Positions 24,937 through 36,075 are shown, counted from the stretch's first letter. The stretch is DNA of 64,000 nucleotides from an uncultured Muribaculaceae bacterium (GCA_964582235.1 CAZOQW010000001.1:76835-140834); one strand, 5' to 3'. The notes: generated from the letters alone by a model not told the origin. Numbers and translations: made by a program.

Positions 24937-27321
24937 ATGGCTGTTCAGAACAACACATTAGGGATTGTGCAAACGGACAATTATATCCGTTTGCAGGACT
25001 TGCTTCGCATATGTTTAGGTAAGTGGTACTGGTTTGCCATTTCCTTGGGTATCTGCCTTACTGTCGCGGTGGTGTACCTGCTGACGACCCCACCCGTATA
25101 TACACGCTCAGCCTCCCTGCTTATCAAGGAAGAAAGCAAAGGCAATTCAATGAATGATGTGGCCGGAGTGCTGGGGTCTTTAAACATCTTCCAAACCAAC
25201 ACCAATGTGAATAACGAGATTCAGTCTCTGCAATCTCCTGTGGTAATGCTTGATGTGGTTAAGCGACTTAATCTGAACATCAACTATCTGACAGACGGCC
25301 GATTCCGCAAGCAGGTGCTATATGGGGAGTCTATTCCCTACAAGATAGAATTCCTTGACTTGGCTGATAATGACAATCTTTCCCTGGTAATGGAAAAAGT
25401 TGACGATAATGGTGTGTTATTGTCTGATTATGTCTTGAATGGAGAGGATGTTGATGGAGAGAATACAGTATATTTCAATGACATAGTGGACACTCCCGTT
25501 GGCAGAATCTCCGTTCGGGCTGTAGAGAATCAGGATAGCGTGGAGTACAAGCGTATTTATGTTTCACGTACCGGGCTACAAGCAACCGTTGCTGATTACG
25601 CGTCAAATTTAACGGTCTCCCTCAGCGATGAGAAATCCACTGTAATCAATCTTGTCTTCAAGGATGTCTGCATCCAGCGTGCAGAAGAAGTGTTGAATAC
25701 CATAATCGCCGTTTACAACGAGAATTGGATTAGGGACAAGAATCAGATTGCCGTAAGCACATCATTGTTTATCAACGAGCGTCTCAGCGTAATCGAGCGT
25801 GAACTCGGCAATGTCGATGAAAACATATCGTCCTATAAGAGCGAAAATCTTCTTCCCGATGTGCAGGCGGCAGCAAGTATGTATATGGCTCAAACCAGCG
25901 AGACCCATTCCCGGATTATGGCTGTAAATACGCAGCTTTCGATGGCCCGCTATATCAAGAGTTATCTGGGAAATGTCACGAGTCAGAATCAACTGTTGCC
26001 TGCCAACTCTGGAATTGAAAGCCCAAGCATAGAGAAGCAGATTACTGATTACAACACTATGCTGCTAAGGAGAAATAACTTGGCAGCCAACAGCAGTGAG
26101 AGTAACCCGTTGGTTATAGACATGGATCACTCGCTGCAGAACATGCGCAATGCTATCATGTCCTCGATTGACAACCTCATTACAACTTTGGATACGCAAC
26201 TTCAATCGCTTCAAATAAGTGAGCAACAGACTACGGCGAGAATTGCCGCCAATCCCGCACAAGGACAATATCTGTTATCAGTAGAGCGCCAGCAGAAAGT
26301 AAAGGAGTCGTTGTATTTGTTCCTGTTGCAAAAGCGTGAGGAGAATGAACTCTCACAGGCCTTTACCGCTTATAATACAAGGGTTATTACACCTCCGACA
26401 GGCAGCCCCTTCCCCTCTTCTCCCGTAAAGAGAAATGTATTGTTAGTTGCCTTTGTTATCGGTATGCTTATCCCCCTTGTGATAATATTCCTGCGCGAGA
26501 ATATGAACACGAAGCTTAGAGGCCGTAAAGATTTGGAGAATCTTTCTGTTCCATTCCTGGGGGAAATCCCTTTGCATGGCAGCAACGGGAAGAAAGGCAG
26601 TCATGAAGTGTCGGAGATAGTCATCCAGCATGGTAAGCGTGATGTTATTAATGAAGCATTCCGTGTATTGCGGACAAACATCGAGTTCATGCTTGACACA
26701 AATAATAAAGATACTGCTACAGTTTGTCTCTTTACTTCGTTTAATCCAGGCAGTGGTAAAACATTCTTGACCATAAATACGGCGGCTTGTTTGTCTCTAA
26801 GGGGAAAGCGTGTCTTGGTGATTGACGGAGACTTACGCCGCGCTTCAATTTCCGCCACTTTTGCCAACTCACCCAAATCAGGATTGAGCGATTATTTGGG
26901 CGGGCGTGTCGATGGCATTGATGATCTTATCGTTGATCCGGAGAATTATCCGGGCATCAGTCTATTACCTGTCGGAACCGTTCCTCCCAATCCTACAGAA
27001 CTTCTTGCCAAATCCCGGTTTAAGGAGATGCTTGATAAGGTGCGCGACAGGTATGACTACATATTCATCGACTGTCCGCCGGTGGACATTGTAGCTGACA
27101 CCCAAATCATTGAAAAGTTTGCAGACTGCACCCTGTTTGTTGTAAGGGTAGGGTTGCTGGAACGTGATATGTTGCCCGAACTGCAGCAGGCTTACGACGA
27201 GAAGCGGTATAAAAACCTGGCAGTCATTCTCAATGGCACGGACAGTGACGGAAAACGCTACGGATATAAATATGGTTACCATTATGGATATGGTAATAAT
27301 GGATATTATGGCAGCAAATAG
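24937..27321 (+). CDS. wzc: Chain-length regulator / BY tyrosine kinase
   Basis: Two TM segments, Walker A SFNPGSGKT, IDGDLRR, IFIDCPP, C-terminal Tyr cluster YGYKYGYHYGY. Confidence 0.93.
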   Translation: MAVQNNTLGIVQTDNYIRLQDLLRICLGKWYWFAISLGICLTVAVVYLLTTPPVYTRSASLLIKEESKGNSMNDVAGVLGSLNIFQTNTNVNNEIQSLQSPVVMLDVVKRLNLNINYLTDGRFRKQVLYGESIPYKIEFLDLADNDNLSLVMEKVDDNGVLLSDYVLNGEDVDGENTVYFNDIVDTPVGRISVRAVENQDSVEYKRIYVSRTGLQATVADYASNLTVSLSDEKSTVINLVFKDVCIQRAEEVLNTIIAVYNENWIRDKNQIAVSTSLFINERLSVIERELGNVDENISSYKSENLLPDVQAAASMYMAQTSETHSRIMAVNTQLSMARYIKSYLGNVTSQNQLLPANSGIESPSIEKQITDYNTMLLRRNNLAANSSESNPLVIDMDHSLQNMRNAIMSSIDNLITTLDTQLQSLQISEQQTTARIAANPAQGQYLLSVERQQKVKESLYLFLLQKREENELSQAFTAYNTRVITPPTGSPFPSSPVKRNVLLVAFVIGMLIPLVIIFLRENMNTKLRGRKDLENLSVPFLGEIPLHGSNGKKGSHEVSEIVIQHGKRDVINEAFRVLRTNIEFMLDTNNKDTATVCLFTSFNPGSGKTFLTINTAACLSLRGKRVLVIDGDLRRASISATFANSPKSGLSDYLGGRVDGIDDLIVDPENYPGISLLPVGTVPPNPTELLAKSRFKEMLDKVRDRYDYIFIDCPPVDIVADTQIIEKFADCTLFVVRVGLLERDMLPELQQAYDEKRYKNLAVILNGTDSDGKRYGYKYGYHYGYGNNGYYGSK

Positions 27322-27332
27322 CCAGAAGCAGC

Positions 27333-28001
27333 ATGTGGCCATTTCGCAAAAAGATAACCCTTGAGGAAAGCGGTTTTTTAAACGGCTTCACTGACTGGCA
27401 TAGTCATATACTCCCTGGAGTAGATGACGGTGTTCAGACAATGGAGGAAGCCTTACGAATATTGGCCGAATACGAGCGACTCGGTGTAAAGGAAGTCTGG
27501 CTTACCCCTCACATCATGGAGGATATTCCAAATACTACTGAGGGCTTGAGGGAACGATTCTCTGACCTGCAGGCTGAGTACAAGGGGAACATGGAACTGC
27601 ATTTGGCTGCCGAGAATATGCTGGATAAGCTATTCGAGGAACGGTTGCGGGGAAATGACCTTTTACCCTTGGGAAAGGAGAGGAACCAGTTGTTGGTGGA
27701 AACCTCCTGTTACAATCCGCCGATGGGCTTGCCGGACATCCTGCAATGCATAAAGTCTAAAGGTTATTTTCCGGTACTGGCCCATCCGGAGAGATATGCC
27801 TACATGGATGCAGACTATTACCGCCGGCTTAAAGACATGGGCGTCAAATTCCAGTTGAACTGTTTCTCTCCATCAGGCTTTTACGGCGAAGAAGCCAAGA
27901 AAAAGTCGGAATACCTGCAGAAACATGAAATGTATGACTGTTCAGGGACGGACTTGCATAGCTTAGAGGTTTTGAAAAAGATGCTGCAGATTAAAGGATG
28001 A
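27333..28001 (+). CDS. wzb: PHP-family tyrosine phosphatase (CpsB/CapC)
   Basis: DWHSHILPGVDDG, LTPH, LAHPERY, GTDLH. Confidence 0.88.
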   Translation: MWPFRKKITLEESGFLNGFTDWHSHILPGVDDGVQTMEEALRILAEYERLGVKEVWLTPHIMEDIPNTTEGLRERFSDLQAEYKGNMELHLAAENMLDKLFEERLRGNDLLPLGKERNQLLVETSCYNPPMGLPDILQCIKSKGYFPVLAHPERYAYMDADYYRRLKDMGVKFQLNCFSPSGFYGEEAKKKSEYLQKHEMYDCSGTDLHSLEVLKKMLQIKG

Positions 28002-29149
28002 AGAACGTGCTTATTGTTTCTCAGGTTATTCCTCAATGGTATGTTGAGACATTGAGGAATGCATTGGGAAAAGATACTTGCATAGATATTATTACGGGAA
28101 GTGAGGTGACAGACTGCAATGTGATACCCTCACCTCCCCATGATGCCCGCAATTTCAGGTCACGTATAGTCTGTTGGATAAGACATTATCGTTTTGTCAA
28201 ACAGTGGACAAAGAAGAATCGGCATAGACATTACGATCTGATTTTTGCCGTATCAAATCCTCCCATTAATGCTGCGATTGGGCTGAAGCTAAAGAAACTG
28301 TTCAATGCACCATTTGTTTATATGAACTGGGATTTATATCCCCAAGTCATCGAATATGGTGTGAGAAATGTGGTTGGCAAAACAGTCAGTCTCTTGTGGC
28401 ATAGCTGGAACAAGCGTAATTACCAAAAGATAGACCGAATGCTGACCATTGGCAATATAATGGCAGAAACTATCAATAGCAGCATAGAGAGGAAAATCAA
28501 AATTGATGTATTGCCTGTTGCCGTAGATACCGTTCGTCTGCACCCAATAGAAAAGGCGAATAATCCCTTTGCTGTGGAGCATCACCTGACTGATAAATTT
28601 GTTGTACTCTATTCAGGCAAAATGGGAGTCGGACACAATATTGAACTTATATTGGCAGCTTCCCGATTATTGGAGAAGCATACCGATATCTATTTTGTCT
28701 TTATTGGCAATGGTCCCAAGTATGAGGTAGTAAAACGCTTTATAGCAGAAAATAATTCCAAAAACATACTGCTTCTCCCTTTACAAGCCGAAGATATGTT
28801 TCCCTACTCAATGGCTTGTGGAGATATAGGAATAGTATCGCAAGAGGCAAGCATGGCACATTTATTCATGCCCAGCAAGGTATATAGCATGATGGCGTGC
28901 GGGGAAGCTATAATTGGAATTGGCTCAGAGTATGACGATTTGAAATGCCTTATAGAACGTGCGAATATAGGATTCAACATATCAAGGAATGATGCAAAAT
29001 ATTTAGCGAATTGCATTTTTAAGTTATATGACAATTTAAAGTTGCTAAATTTCTTCAAGGTAAATGCTCGAAGAACAGCAGAATTGGACTATTCTATAAG
29101 CGTAATGCAAAGTCGTTATTCTACATTGTTTAATAGTTTGTCCAAATAA
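27998..29149 (+). CDS. GT4-family glycosyltransferase
   Basis: SNPP, DLYP, YSGKMG..H, FIGNG, PSKVY..MA.G. Confidence 0.85.
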   Translation: MKNVLIVSQVIPQWYVETLRNALGKDTCIDIITGSEVTDCNVIPSPPHDARNFRSRIVCWIRHYRFVKQWTKKNRHRHYDLIFAVSNPPINAAIGLKLKKLFNAPFVYMNWDLYPQVIEYGVRNVVGKTVSLLWHSWNKRNYQKIDRMLTIGNIMAETINSSIERKIKIDVLPVAVDTVRLHPIEKANNPFAVEHHLTDKFVVLYSGKMGVGHNIELILAASRLLEKHTDIYFVFIGNGPKYEVVKRFIAENNSKNILLLPLQAEDMFPYSMACGDIGIVSQEASMAHLFMPSKVYSMMACGEAIIGIGSEYDDLKCLIERANIGFNISRNDAKYLANCIFKLYDNLKLLNFFKVNARRTAELDYSISVMQSRYSTLFNSLSK

Positions 29150-29158
29150 GAAGGCGTT

Positions 29159-30340
29159 ATGCCCACATTGCTTCAAATTAATACTGTTGTCAATACCGGT
29201 TCTACAGGACGGATTGCTGAAGAGATAGGCAAAATTGCAATTTCACGCGGATGGAAAAGTTATATTGCCTATGGAAGAGGAAAGCCGCAAAGTGAATCAC
29301 AGCTGATTAGAATAGGAAATGATTGGGATATGTACAGCCACATCCTTCAATCCCGGTTGTTTGATAATCATGGATTGGCATCCAAGAATGCTACAGAAAA
29401 GTTTATCAAGCAGATTGAAAGAATAAAGCCCGATGTAATACACTTGCATAATATTCATGGTTACTACCTGAATTATGAAATATTATTTCAATATTTTGCA
29501 CACATAGATACCCCAATAATATGGACGCTGCATGATTCTTGGGCATTGACTGGCCATTGTGCTTGTTATGAATGTGCAGACTTCGATGCAGATTGTAAGA
29601 GTTGCCACTATATACACAGCTATCCAAAGTCTTTATTCCTATCAAGAAGTAAGAAAAACAAAGAAAACAAAAAAAAGGTTTTTACTTCTGTAAACAGAAT
29701 GACCATAGTGACAGTTTCAAAGTGGTTGGAAAGTTGTGTAAAAAAAACATTTCTAAACAAGTACCCTATCAAAACAATCTATAATGGAATAGATACTCAA
29801 ATTTATAGACCCTTGCCTTATTTGAAGCAAAATGTTAAAACTTTATTAAGTGTTGCAAATATTTGGTCTGAGAGAAAGGGCTTAAAGGATATTATTGCAT
29901 TAAGAGAACATCTCCCATTTGAGTATCAGATCATCTTAATTGGATTATCCAAGAAACAAATACAAAATTTGCCTCCGGGCATAACAGGCATTCCTCGGAC
30001 AGACTCTCAATTAGAATTAGCAAGATATTATTCAAATGCCGATGTTGTCCTAAGTTTATCAACTTACGAGACTTTCGGACTTACAGTTGCTGAAAGTTTA
30101 GCTTGCGGAACACCAGTAGTTGTGTATAATATTACATCACCTCCGGAATTGGTGACTAATGACATAGGTAGAGTTGTAAATATTCACGATATAGAAGGTG
30201 TCAAATCGGCTATAATAGATTTATGCAATACCGAAAAAGAGTATTGGGTAAATACTTGTAGGTCAAAAGCTATAAAATTGTACAATGAGAGTTGCAACTA
30301 TTTGCAGTATTTCAATCTGTATAAGGCTTGCATTTTATAA
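29159..30340 (+). CDS. GT4-family glycosyltransferase
   Basis: GSTGRIA, HLHNIHG, WTLHD.W..TGHC, YETFGLTVAESLACGTPVV. Confidence 0.88.
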   Translation: MPTLLQINTVVNTGSTGRIAEEIGKIAISRGWKSYIAYGRGKPQSESQLIRIGNDWDMYSHILQSRLFDNHGLASKNATEKFIKQIERIKPDVIHLHNIHGYYLNYEILFQYFAHIDTPIIWTLHDSWALTGHCACYECADFDADCKSCHYIHSYPKSLFLSRSKKNKENKKKVFTSVNRMTIVTVSKWLESCVKKTFLNKYPIKTIYNGIDTQIYRPLPYLKQNVKTLLSVANIWSERKGLKDIIALREHLPFEYQIILIGLSKKQIQNLPPGITGIPRTDSQLELARYYSNADVVLSLSTYETFGLTVAESLACGTPVVVYNITSPPELVTNDIGRVVNIHDIEGVKSAIIDLCNTEKEYWVNTCRSKAIKLYNESCNYLQYFNLYKACIL

Positions 30341-30359
30341 TTGAATCCTTCTTCAACCA

Positions 30360-31556
30360 ATGCTGGAAATTATTTCAAAACTTTATACAATCACTTTAGT
30401 CCTATTACCGGCATTAAATGTATATAGAAGCCCTATACCTTCTGTAGAATTAGGTACGCTGATCATTCTTTTCTGCACTGTGTTCTTTTTCTGCAGTAAG
30501 CCCGGTATATATAAACCGGGACTTGGCTCTCTATGGATATATTTGTTGCTCGTGTTTTTTGTGTGTACAGCTATATCGTCCATTATACTTGACTATGACT
30601 CAGCGGAGTATAGTAAAGTGTACTTTAGATTTTTCAAAATCGTAATTATTGTAATTTCCATATTTATTATCGGAAAAGATCGGTTCAATTATGAACTGGC
30701 AATAAAAGCACTAAAGATATTCTCTTTACTATGTGCATTTTATATCATTGTACAAAATATTGGGTATTATTTATTTGGGATTAGAATTTTGGGTGTTTAC
30801 TCACCTTTAGCTTCTGTTGAGGAGTATGTGGAATTTGGAGCTAACGCCACTCAGGATGTGCTATATAGACCAAGTGCGTTCTTTTTTGAGCCTGCTCATT
30901 TTGCCTCTTACTCAATGGTATATCTGTGCCGGTTATTTACTCATGATGGAGAGAAATATCGCATTTGGCAAATAGTAATTATGATAACAGGCCTGCTGCT
31001 CTCAACATCCGGGACAGCTTTATCTATAATACCTGTCATTTTCTTACTTTCAATAGCTTTCAAAATACGCGAAGGGACAATAGCCTTTCATAATGCATGG
31101 AAATATATCTTGTTATTTCTCGTGGTAGCCGTGCTTATAAGAATCTTCTTAACGTCATATATAGGAAGTTCAGCTTTGGGACGTTTTTTTAATGATGATG
31201 GAACACTCGGAGGTGCATTTACCGGACGATTACAAAGCGGAGCATACGAATTATTCAAAGAGTTGCCTTCAGTTTTACAATTTATTGGCTGTGGATTTGG
31301 AAATAGACCTGCCGATGTGTACTTTCCAAGTATGTACGCAATTTTATATGGGGATGGATATTTAGGTCTTGCGCTATTTGTACTTCTTCTTATCATTTAC
31401 TTTGTCAAAGCACGAAATTTTGGGAAGATGCTTTGCCTCACTTATGGCTTACTGTTTATAGGTACAGGCGCTTTCAATTTTGCCAGTATCGGTCTATATT
31501 TTTGCTTAATTGCCGAAGAAACAAGAAAACGCGAATATGATAATTTTTATCAGTAA
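30360..31556 (+). CDS. wzy: Repeat-unit polymerase (Wzy-like)
   Basis: About 10-11 TM segments, R....F.EPAHF, periplasmic loop G.GFGN; position in the locus. Confidence 0.7.
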   Translation: MLEIISKLYTITLVLLPALNVYRSPIPSVELGTLIILFCTVFFFCSKPGIYKPGLGSLWIYLLLVFFVCTAISSIILDYDSAEYSKVYFRFFKIVIIVISIFIIGKDRFNYELAIKALKIFSLLCAFYIIVQNIGYYLFGIRILGVYSPLASVEEYVEFGANATQDVLYRPSAFFFEPAHFASYSMVYLCRLFTHDGEKYRIWQIVIMITGLLLSTSGTALSIIPVIFLLSIAFKIREGTIAFHNAWKYILLFLVVAVLIRIFLTSYIGSSALGRFFNDDGTLGGAFTGRLQSGAYELFKELPSVLQFIGCGFGNRPADVYFPSMYAILYGDGYLGLALFVLLLIIYFVKARNFGKMLCLTYGLLFIGTGAFNFASIGLYFCLIAEETRKREYDNFYQ

Positions 31557-32661
31557 TTTTGTTAGCCCTCATGTCCTCCCACTGTGCGATGAGCTTTATC
31601 GGCAATCTGAGGAGCAATTTAAGTTCATCGAAACGAGGCAAATGTCACTTGAACGACAAAACTTAGGATATAAACAACTACGGAACAGAAAGTTTGTTGT
31701 CACATACGAAAAGTATTCTAAGGATAAATCAGGTTATCAAGAAGAAATAAACAAGGCTGCTGTGGTTATGGCCAGTTTTGGCTCCATTAACAATAAGCTC
31801 CTTATGGATAGGATAAGGAATGATAAGCTGACTTTTTTGTTAGCAGAGCGAATGTTCAAAAAAGCGATTTTTAAATTCGCAGATCCTCGCTTCTGGAAAA
31901 ACCTATTATTCTTTTCAAGAATCAGGTATAAACAGTTTCATTTGCTATGTATGGGCGCATACGTAGCACAGGATTTTGCGCTGTGTGGTTTCAATCGCGA
32001 TCGGATGTGGAAGTTTGGATACATTACATCGGGATATGGCGAAAACAATTCCAATATACGAAAAAGTGAGAACAAAACTCTTAAATTGCTATGGGTGGGG
32101 CGTATGATATGGTGGAAACAGCCATTTCAAGTAATAAAGGCTGCAAAGATGCTGCATGAAAGGGGATATGATTTTACACTTGATATTGTGGGCGGAGGGA
32201 AATTAGAGAAGAAGATTAAAGCTTATATTGAAAAAACTAATCTTTCCGAAATCACTTATCACGGCTTGAAAAAGAACGATGAAGTAAAAGAGCTGATGCA
32301 ACATTCCGATTTCTTGATTTGTACAAGTAACCGACTCGAAGGATGGGGAGCAGTAATCAACGAAGGGATGGATGCGGGCTGCGTCGTAATTGCCAGCAAG
32401 CAGATGGGGGCCACACCCTATCTTATAACGGATGGAGTGACCGGATATAGTTATTCGGGAGGAGCAAAGGCTTTGTTTCAGGCATTAGCCAAGGCATTCG
32501 AAAGAAATCGTATAGAAATAAGCAAAAATGCACAGACATTTATCCGTGAGAGTTGGAGTGCAGATATTGCCGCACGACGTCTATTAGGATTAATCTCTTT
32601 CATACAACAGGATAAGCAGCATAAAAGATTGTATGATAGCGGAATCTGTAGTAAAGCTTAA
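31537..32661 (+). CDS. GT4-family glycosyltransferase
   Basis: LWVGRM..WK, IVGGG, EGWGAVINEGM..GC (ExxxxxxxE). Confidence 0.85.
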   Translation: MIIFISNFVSPHVLPLCDELYRQSEEQFKFIETRQMSLERQNLGYKQLRNRKFVVTYEKYSKDKSGYQEEINKAAVVMASFGSINNKLLMDRIRNDKLTFLLAERMFKKAIFKFADPRFWKNLLFFSRIRYKQFHLLCMGAYVAQDFALCGFNRDRMWKFGYITSGYGENNSNIRKSENKTLKLLWVGRMIWWKQPFQVIKAAKMLHERGYDFTLDIVGGGKLEKKIKAYIEKTNLSEITYHGLKKNDEVKELMQHSDFLICTSNRLEGWGAVINEGMDAGCVVIASKQMGATPYLITDGVTGYSYSGGAKALFQALAKAFERNRIEISKNAQTFIRESWSADIAARRLLGLISFIQQDKQHKRLYDSGICSKA

Positions 32662-32664
32662 CTG

Positions 32665-33936
32665 ATGAAACAATTAATTTACCGCCTTCGGAAAAGTTCC
32701 TTGATGAGAGACTCCTTTTGGGCGTTGCTGGGCAATGTCTTGGGAAAAGGACTGGCATTGGTTGCCGGAATTGCCGTAGCGCGCTTTCTTGGAAGCGAAG
32801 CATATGGTGAATATGGGATGATACGCAATAACTTGACAATGATAGCTATATTCTCTTCATTAGGATTGGGATACACAGCTACAAAGTTTATTGCAGAATG
32901 CAAAGGCAATAAAGAACAAGCATACTCGATACACAAAGTAGTTTCACGTATCACATGGGTTACAAGTGGAGTTATCATGGTGCTTGTGATAGTGCTTGCC
33001 AATCCACTTGCCACTTGGCTCGATGCTCCACATCTTGGTCGCTTGTTGATGCTTGCATCTGTTGCAGTTGTATTTAATGCCGTGAACACTACGCAAATAG
33101 GTGAACTGTCAGGGTTTAATGCATATAAGGAGATTGCATTTAACAATACTTGGGCCGGCATTGTCACTTTCGTAGTAAGTGTAGGTCTTACTTTCTTTTA
33201 CGGTATTGAGGGAGCAGTTATCGCATTAATCATTTCATTTGCTACCAACTGTTTGCTAAATTTGCGTTCACTCAAAAAATATTTGCCACGACAAAAAGTT
33301 GTCAATGGTAATACCAATTTCCGAGAAATACTCTCATTTACTTTTCCAGTGGCGTTGCAAGAAAGTTCTTACTCCATAACACACTGGCTAAGCACAATAT
33401 TGCTAATCAAGCTCGCCGGATATGGAGAACTCGGATTATACTCTGCAGTAGCGCAATGGATGGGTGTAATGCTGTTTATCCCGGCAGCATTACGCAATGT
33501 GGCACTGTCCCATCTATCAAAAAGCAACGATGACATGAATACAAATAAACAAGTGTTGAAGCGTATGCTACAAATCAACCTTGTAACGACACTCATTCCA
33601 TTTATAGTTATTGCGCTGCTTTCCGGCTGGATTTGTTCATGGTACGGAGAAAGCTATGTTGGCATGCAGAGTGTGCTGAACGTATGCATGTTTACAACAG
33701 TTTTCAACAGCCTTTCCAATGTGTTAACTCAAAACTTAATTGCAATGAATCAGAATTGGTATCTTTTCACAACTCGCATAATTCGTGATTTGTTAATATT
33801 AGGTTTTGCGGCTTTACTGATTTTAAAATTGGGCAAAGGTTCTCTTATGTACGCTTTAGCTTCGCTTATATTTCAGATTATATATTTATTTCTTTTGCTG
33901 TCCAAACAACACTCTTTGTTCAAAAAGTGTAAATAA
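32665..33936 (+). CDS. wzx: Repeat-unit flippase
   Basis: ARFLG...YGEY, about 12 TM segments, second G..ELGLYS repeat. Confidence 0.85.
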   Translation: MKQLIYRLRKSSLMRDSFWALLGNVLGKGLALVAGIAVARFLGSEAYGEYGMIRNNLTMIAIFSSLGLGYTATKFIAECKGNKEQAYSIHKVVSRITWVTSGVIMVLVIVLANPLATWLDAPHLGRLLMLASVAVVFNAVNTTQIGELSGFNAYKEIAFNNTWAGIVTFVVSVGLTFFYGIEGAVIALIISFATNCLLNLRSLKKYLPRQKVVNGNTNFREILSFTFPVALQESSYSITHWLSTILLIKLAGYGELGLYSAVAQWMGVMLFIPAALRNVALSHLSKSNDDMNTNKQVLKRMLQINLVTTLIPFIVIALLSGWICSWYGESYVGMQSVLNVCMFTTVFNSLSNVLTQNLIAMNQNWYLFTTRIIRDLLILGFAALLILKLGKGSLMYALASLIFQIIYLFLLLSKQHSLFKKCK

Positions 33937-33970
33937 AAATTCGTAACTTAAATTAATCGGCATAATTATT

Positions 33971-34507
33971 ATGATGTATCCCAAGCGCCTTTTTATTATA
34001 AACAAGTTAGTTGGTTTGCTCCCTATGTCGAAGTGTAACTCGCTGAAGTCAAGACTATATAAATGGGGGGGAGTAAAAATTGGCAACAATGTAGAACTAT
34101 TTTCCGGCCTTAAAATAATAGGCAATGGTGAACTGGAAATAGGGGATAATGTCTTTATTGGCACAGAGGCAATGATTTATGTTAACAGAGGCAGCAAAGT
34201 TATTCTTGAAGAACACGCTTCTGTAGGAACTCGTGCCATAATTGTTACTGGCTTCCATCCGATTACGCCAGAGGGGCCACGGATAACCAGTCATAAAAGC
34301 ACAACAAGTACTGTAAGGGTTTGCAAGGGGGCTTCTGTCGGTACTGCAACTATTGTTTTACCAGGCATAACTGTAGGAACAATGGCTCACTGCGTGGCTG
34401 GGGCTGTAGTAACTCACGATGTGCCTCCATACCACAGAGTTGGAGGCGTTCCCGCCCGGTTTATTCGTGACTTGAGGCTTCCAAAGGAAAATAACAATAA
34501 TGTATAA
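33971..34507 (+). CDS. Left-handed beta-helix (hexapeptide) acyltransferase
   Basis: IGNNV, IGDNVFIG repeats, VLPGITVG, VTHDVP...VGGVPARFI. Confidence 0.85.
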   Translation: MMYPKRLFIINKLVGLLPMSKCNSLKSRLYKWGGVKIGNNVELFSGLKIIGNGELEIGDNVFIGTEAMIYVNRGSKVILEEHASVGTRAIIVTGFHPITPEGPRITSHKSTTSTVRVCKGASVGTATIVLPGITVGTMAHCVAGAVVTHDVPPYHRVGGVPARFIRDLRLPKENNNNV

Positions 34508-35108
34508 GCATTATTTAAAGCGGGTAATAGATTTCATTCTCGTTCTTTGTGCCTTGGCTGTTATTTGGCCTGTGCTTGTTATAATAGCTATTTTGCTTCA
34601 TTTCGCCAACAAAGGTGCAGGGGCTTTTTTTTTACAAGAGCGACCGGGTAAGGATGGGAAGATATTCAAGGTCATCAAATTCAAGACTATGACTGATGAA
34701 CGGGATGCAGATGGTAATTTGTTGCCCGACGAAAAACGGATTACGAAAATAGGGAAACTGATTCGTTCTATCAGCATTGACGAACTACCACAGCTTATTA
34801 ATGTACTGAAGGGTGATATGTCGCTTATTGGCCCTCGTCCTTTATTGGTGCAATATCTGCCGCTATATAGCAAAGAGCAAGCACGACGGCACGAAGTACG
34901 TCCCGGCATAAGCGGGTGGGCGCAATGTCATGGACGCAATGCTATTAGTTGGACAGAAAAGTTCAAACTTGATGTGTGGTATGTTGACCATTGCTCTTTC
35001 AAAGTGGATATGAAAATTATATGGATTACTCTACTGAAAGTAATCAAGCGTGCCGATATCTCCCAGGAAGGGCGAGCCACGATGGACTATTTTGACGGCA
35101 CAAATTAG
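34500..35108 (+). CDS. Initiating phosphoglycosyl transferase (PglC-like, Bac_transf)
   Basis: KRVIDF, FLQERPG..GK.FK.IKFKTM, SIDELPQLINVLKGDMSLIGPRP, RH.VRPGISGWAQ. Confidence 0.92.
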   Translation: MYKHYLKRVIDFILVLCALAVIWPVLVIIAILLHFANKGAGAFFLQERPGKDGKIFKVIKFKTMTDERDADGNLLPDEKRITKIGKLIRSISIDELPQLINVLKGDMSLIGPRPLLVQYLPLYSKEQARRHEVRPGISGWAQCHGRNAISWTEKFKLDVWYVDHCSFKVDMKIIWITLLKVIKRADISQEGRATMDYFDGTN

Positions 35109-35121
35109 ACAGCTTGGAAAA

Positions 35122-36075
35122 ATGAAAAATATATTGATAACTTCTGCAGGTAAGCGGGTAGCGTTGACAAAAGCATTCAAAGAGACTACGGTACGATTTG
35201 ACTCTCACGCCAAGGTGTTTACCACAGACATGAATCCGAGTATGGCTCCTGCGGCATACGTCAGCGACAAGTGCTTTGAAGTTCCGCGAGTAACCGATGA
35301 TGCTTATCCGGAATTCCTGCTGAAACTCTGCGTGGATAATGAAATTGGCATGGTAGTGCCGACCATTGACACAGAATTAATGGTGCTGGCACACGTGAAA
35401 GAAATGTTTGCCTCAAGAGGTGTCCATGTGATAATTTCCAGCCCATCATTCATAACGACATGTCGGGACAAACGAAATACAGAAAGATTTTTCGAGCAAC
35501 ATCACATACGCATCCCTACAGCCATAGACAAACATCATCCCTCCTTCCCTCTGTTTGCCAAGCCCTACGACGGGTCGCTGAGCACAAACCTGCACTATAT
35601 CAAGAATGAAGCTGAACTTACTCCCGACATTCTGAGTGACCCCAAATTGATGTTTATGGAGTATATCGACAAGGCCATATATAAGGAATACACCGTTGAT
35701 ATGTATTATGGTAAGGATAACCGTTTGAAATGTCTTGTGCCTCGTGAGCGTATTGAGATACGTGCAGGAGAGATAAACAAAGGCAGAACGGCAAAGAATG
35801 GTTTGGTTGCCTTTTTAAAAGAACGATTGGAATATGTCGAAGGCTGTGTGGGATGTATATGCCTGCAGCTGTTTTATCATGCCGAAACGAACGATGTGAT
35901 TGGTATTGAAATCAATCCCCGTTTCGGTGGTGGTTACCCTTTATCCTATGCAGCCGGTGGAAATTTCCCGAAGTTTCTTATTCAAGAATACTTTCGGAAC
36001 GAAGTTTTGGCGTATACCGATGATTGGAAAGACAAGCTGTTAATGCTTCGGTACGATGATGCCATTTTCGTGTAA
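35122..36075 (+). CDS. ATP-grasp fold ligase
   Basis: ILITSAGKRV, VVPTIDTEL, CRDK, FAKPYDGS.S, MEYI, EYTVD, IEINPRFGGG. Confidence 0.85.
   Translation: MKNILITSAGKRVALTKAFKETTVRFDSHAKVFTTDMNPSMAPAAYVSDKCFEVPRVTDDAYPEFLLKLCVDNEIGMVVPTIDTELMVLAHVKEMFASRGVHVIISSPSFITTCRDKRNTERFFEQHHIRIPTAIDKHHPSFPLFAKPYDGSLSTNLHYIKNEAELTPDILSDPKLMFMEYIDKAIYKEYTVDMYYGKDNRLKCLVPRERIEIRAGEINKGRTAKNGLVAFLKERLEYVEGCVGCICLQLFYHAETNDVIGIEINPRFGGGYPLSYAAGGNFPKFLIQEYFRNEVLAYTDDWKDKLLMLRYDDAIFV

Noticed and set aside
34625-34633. T9 tract in the PglC-like gene, and A-runs in GT4 29159
   Set aside because: In frame, encode conserved residues (AFFL, Lys runs) and are expected in AT-rich DNA.
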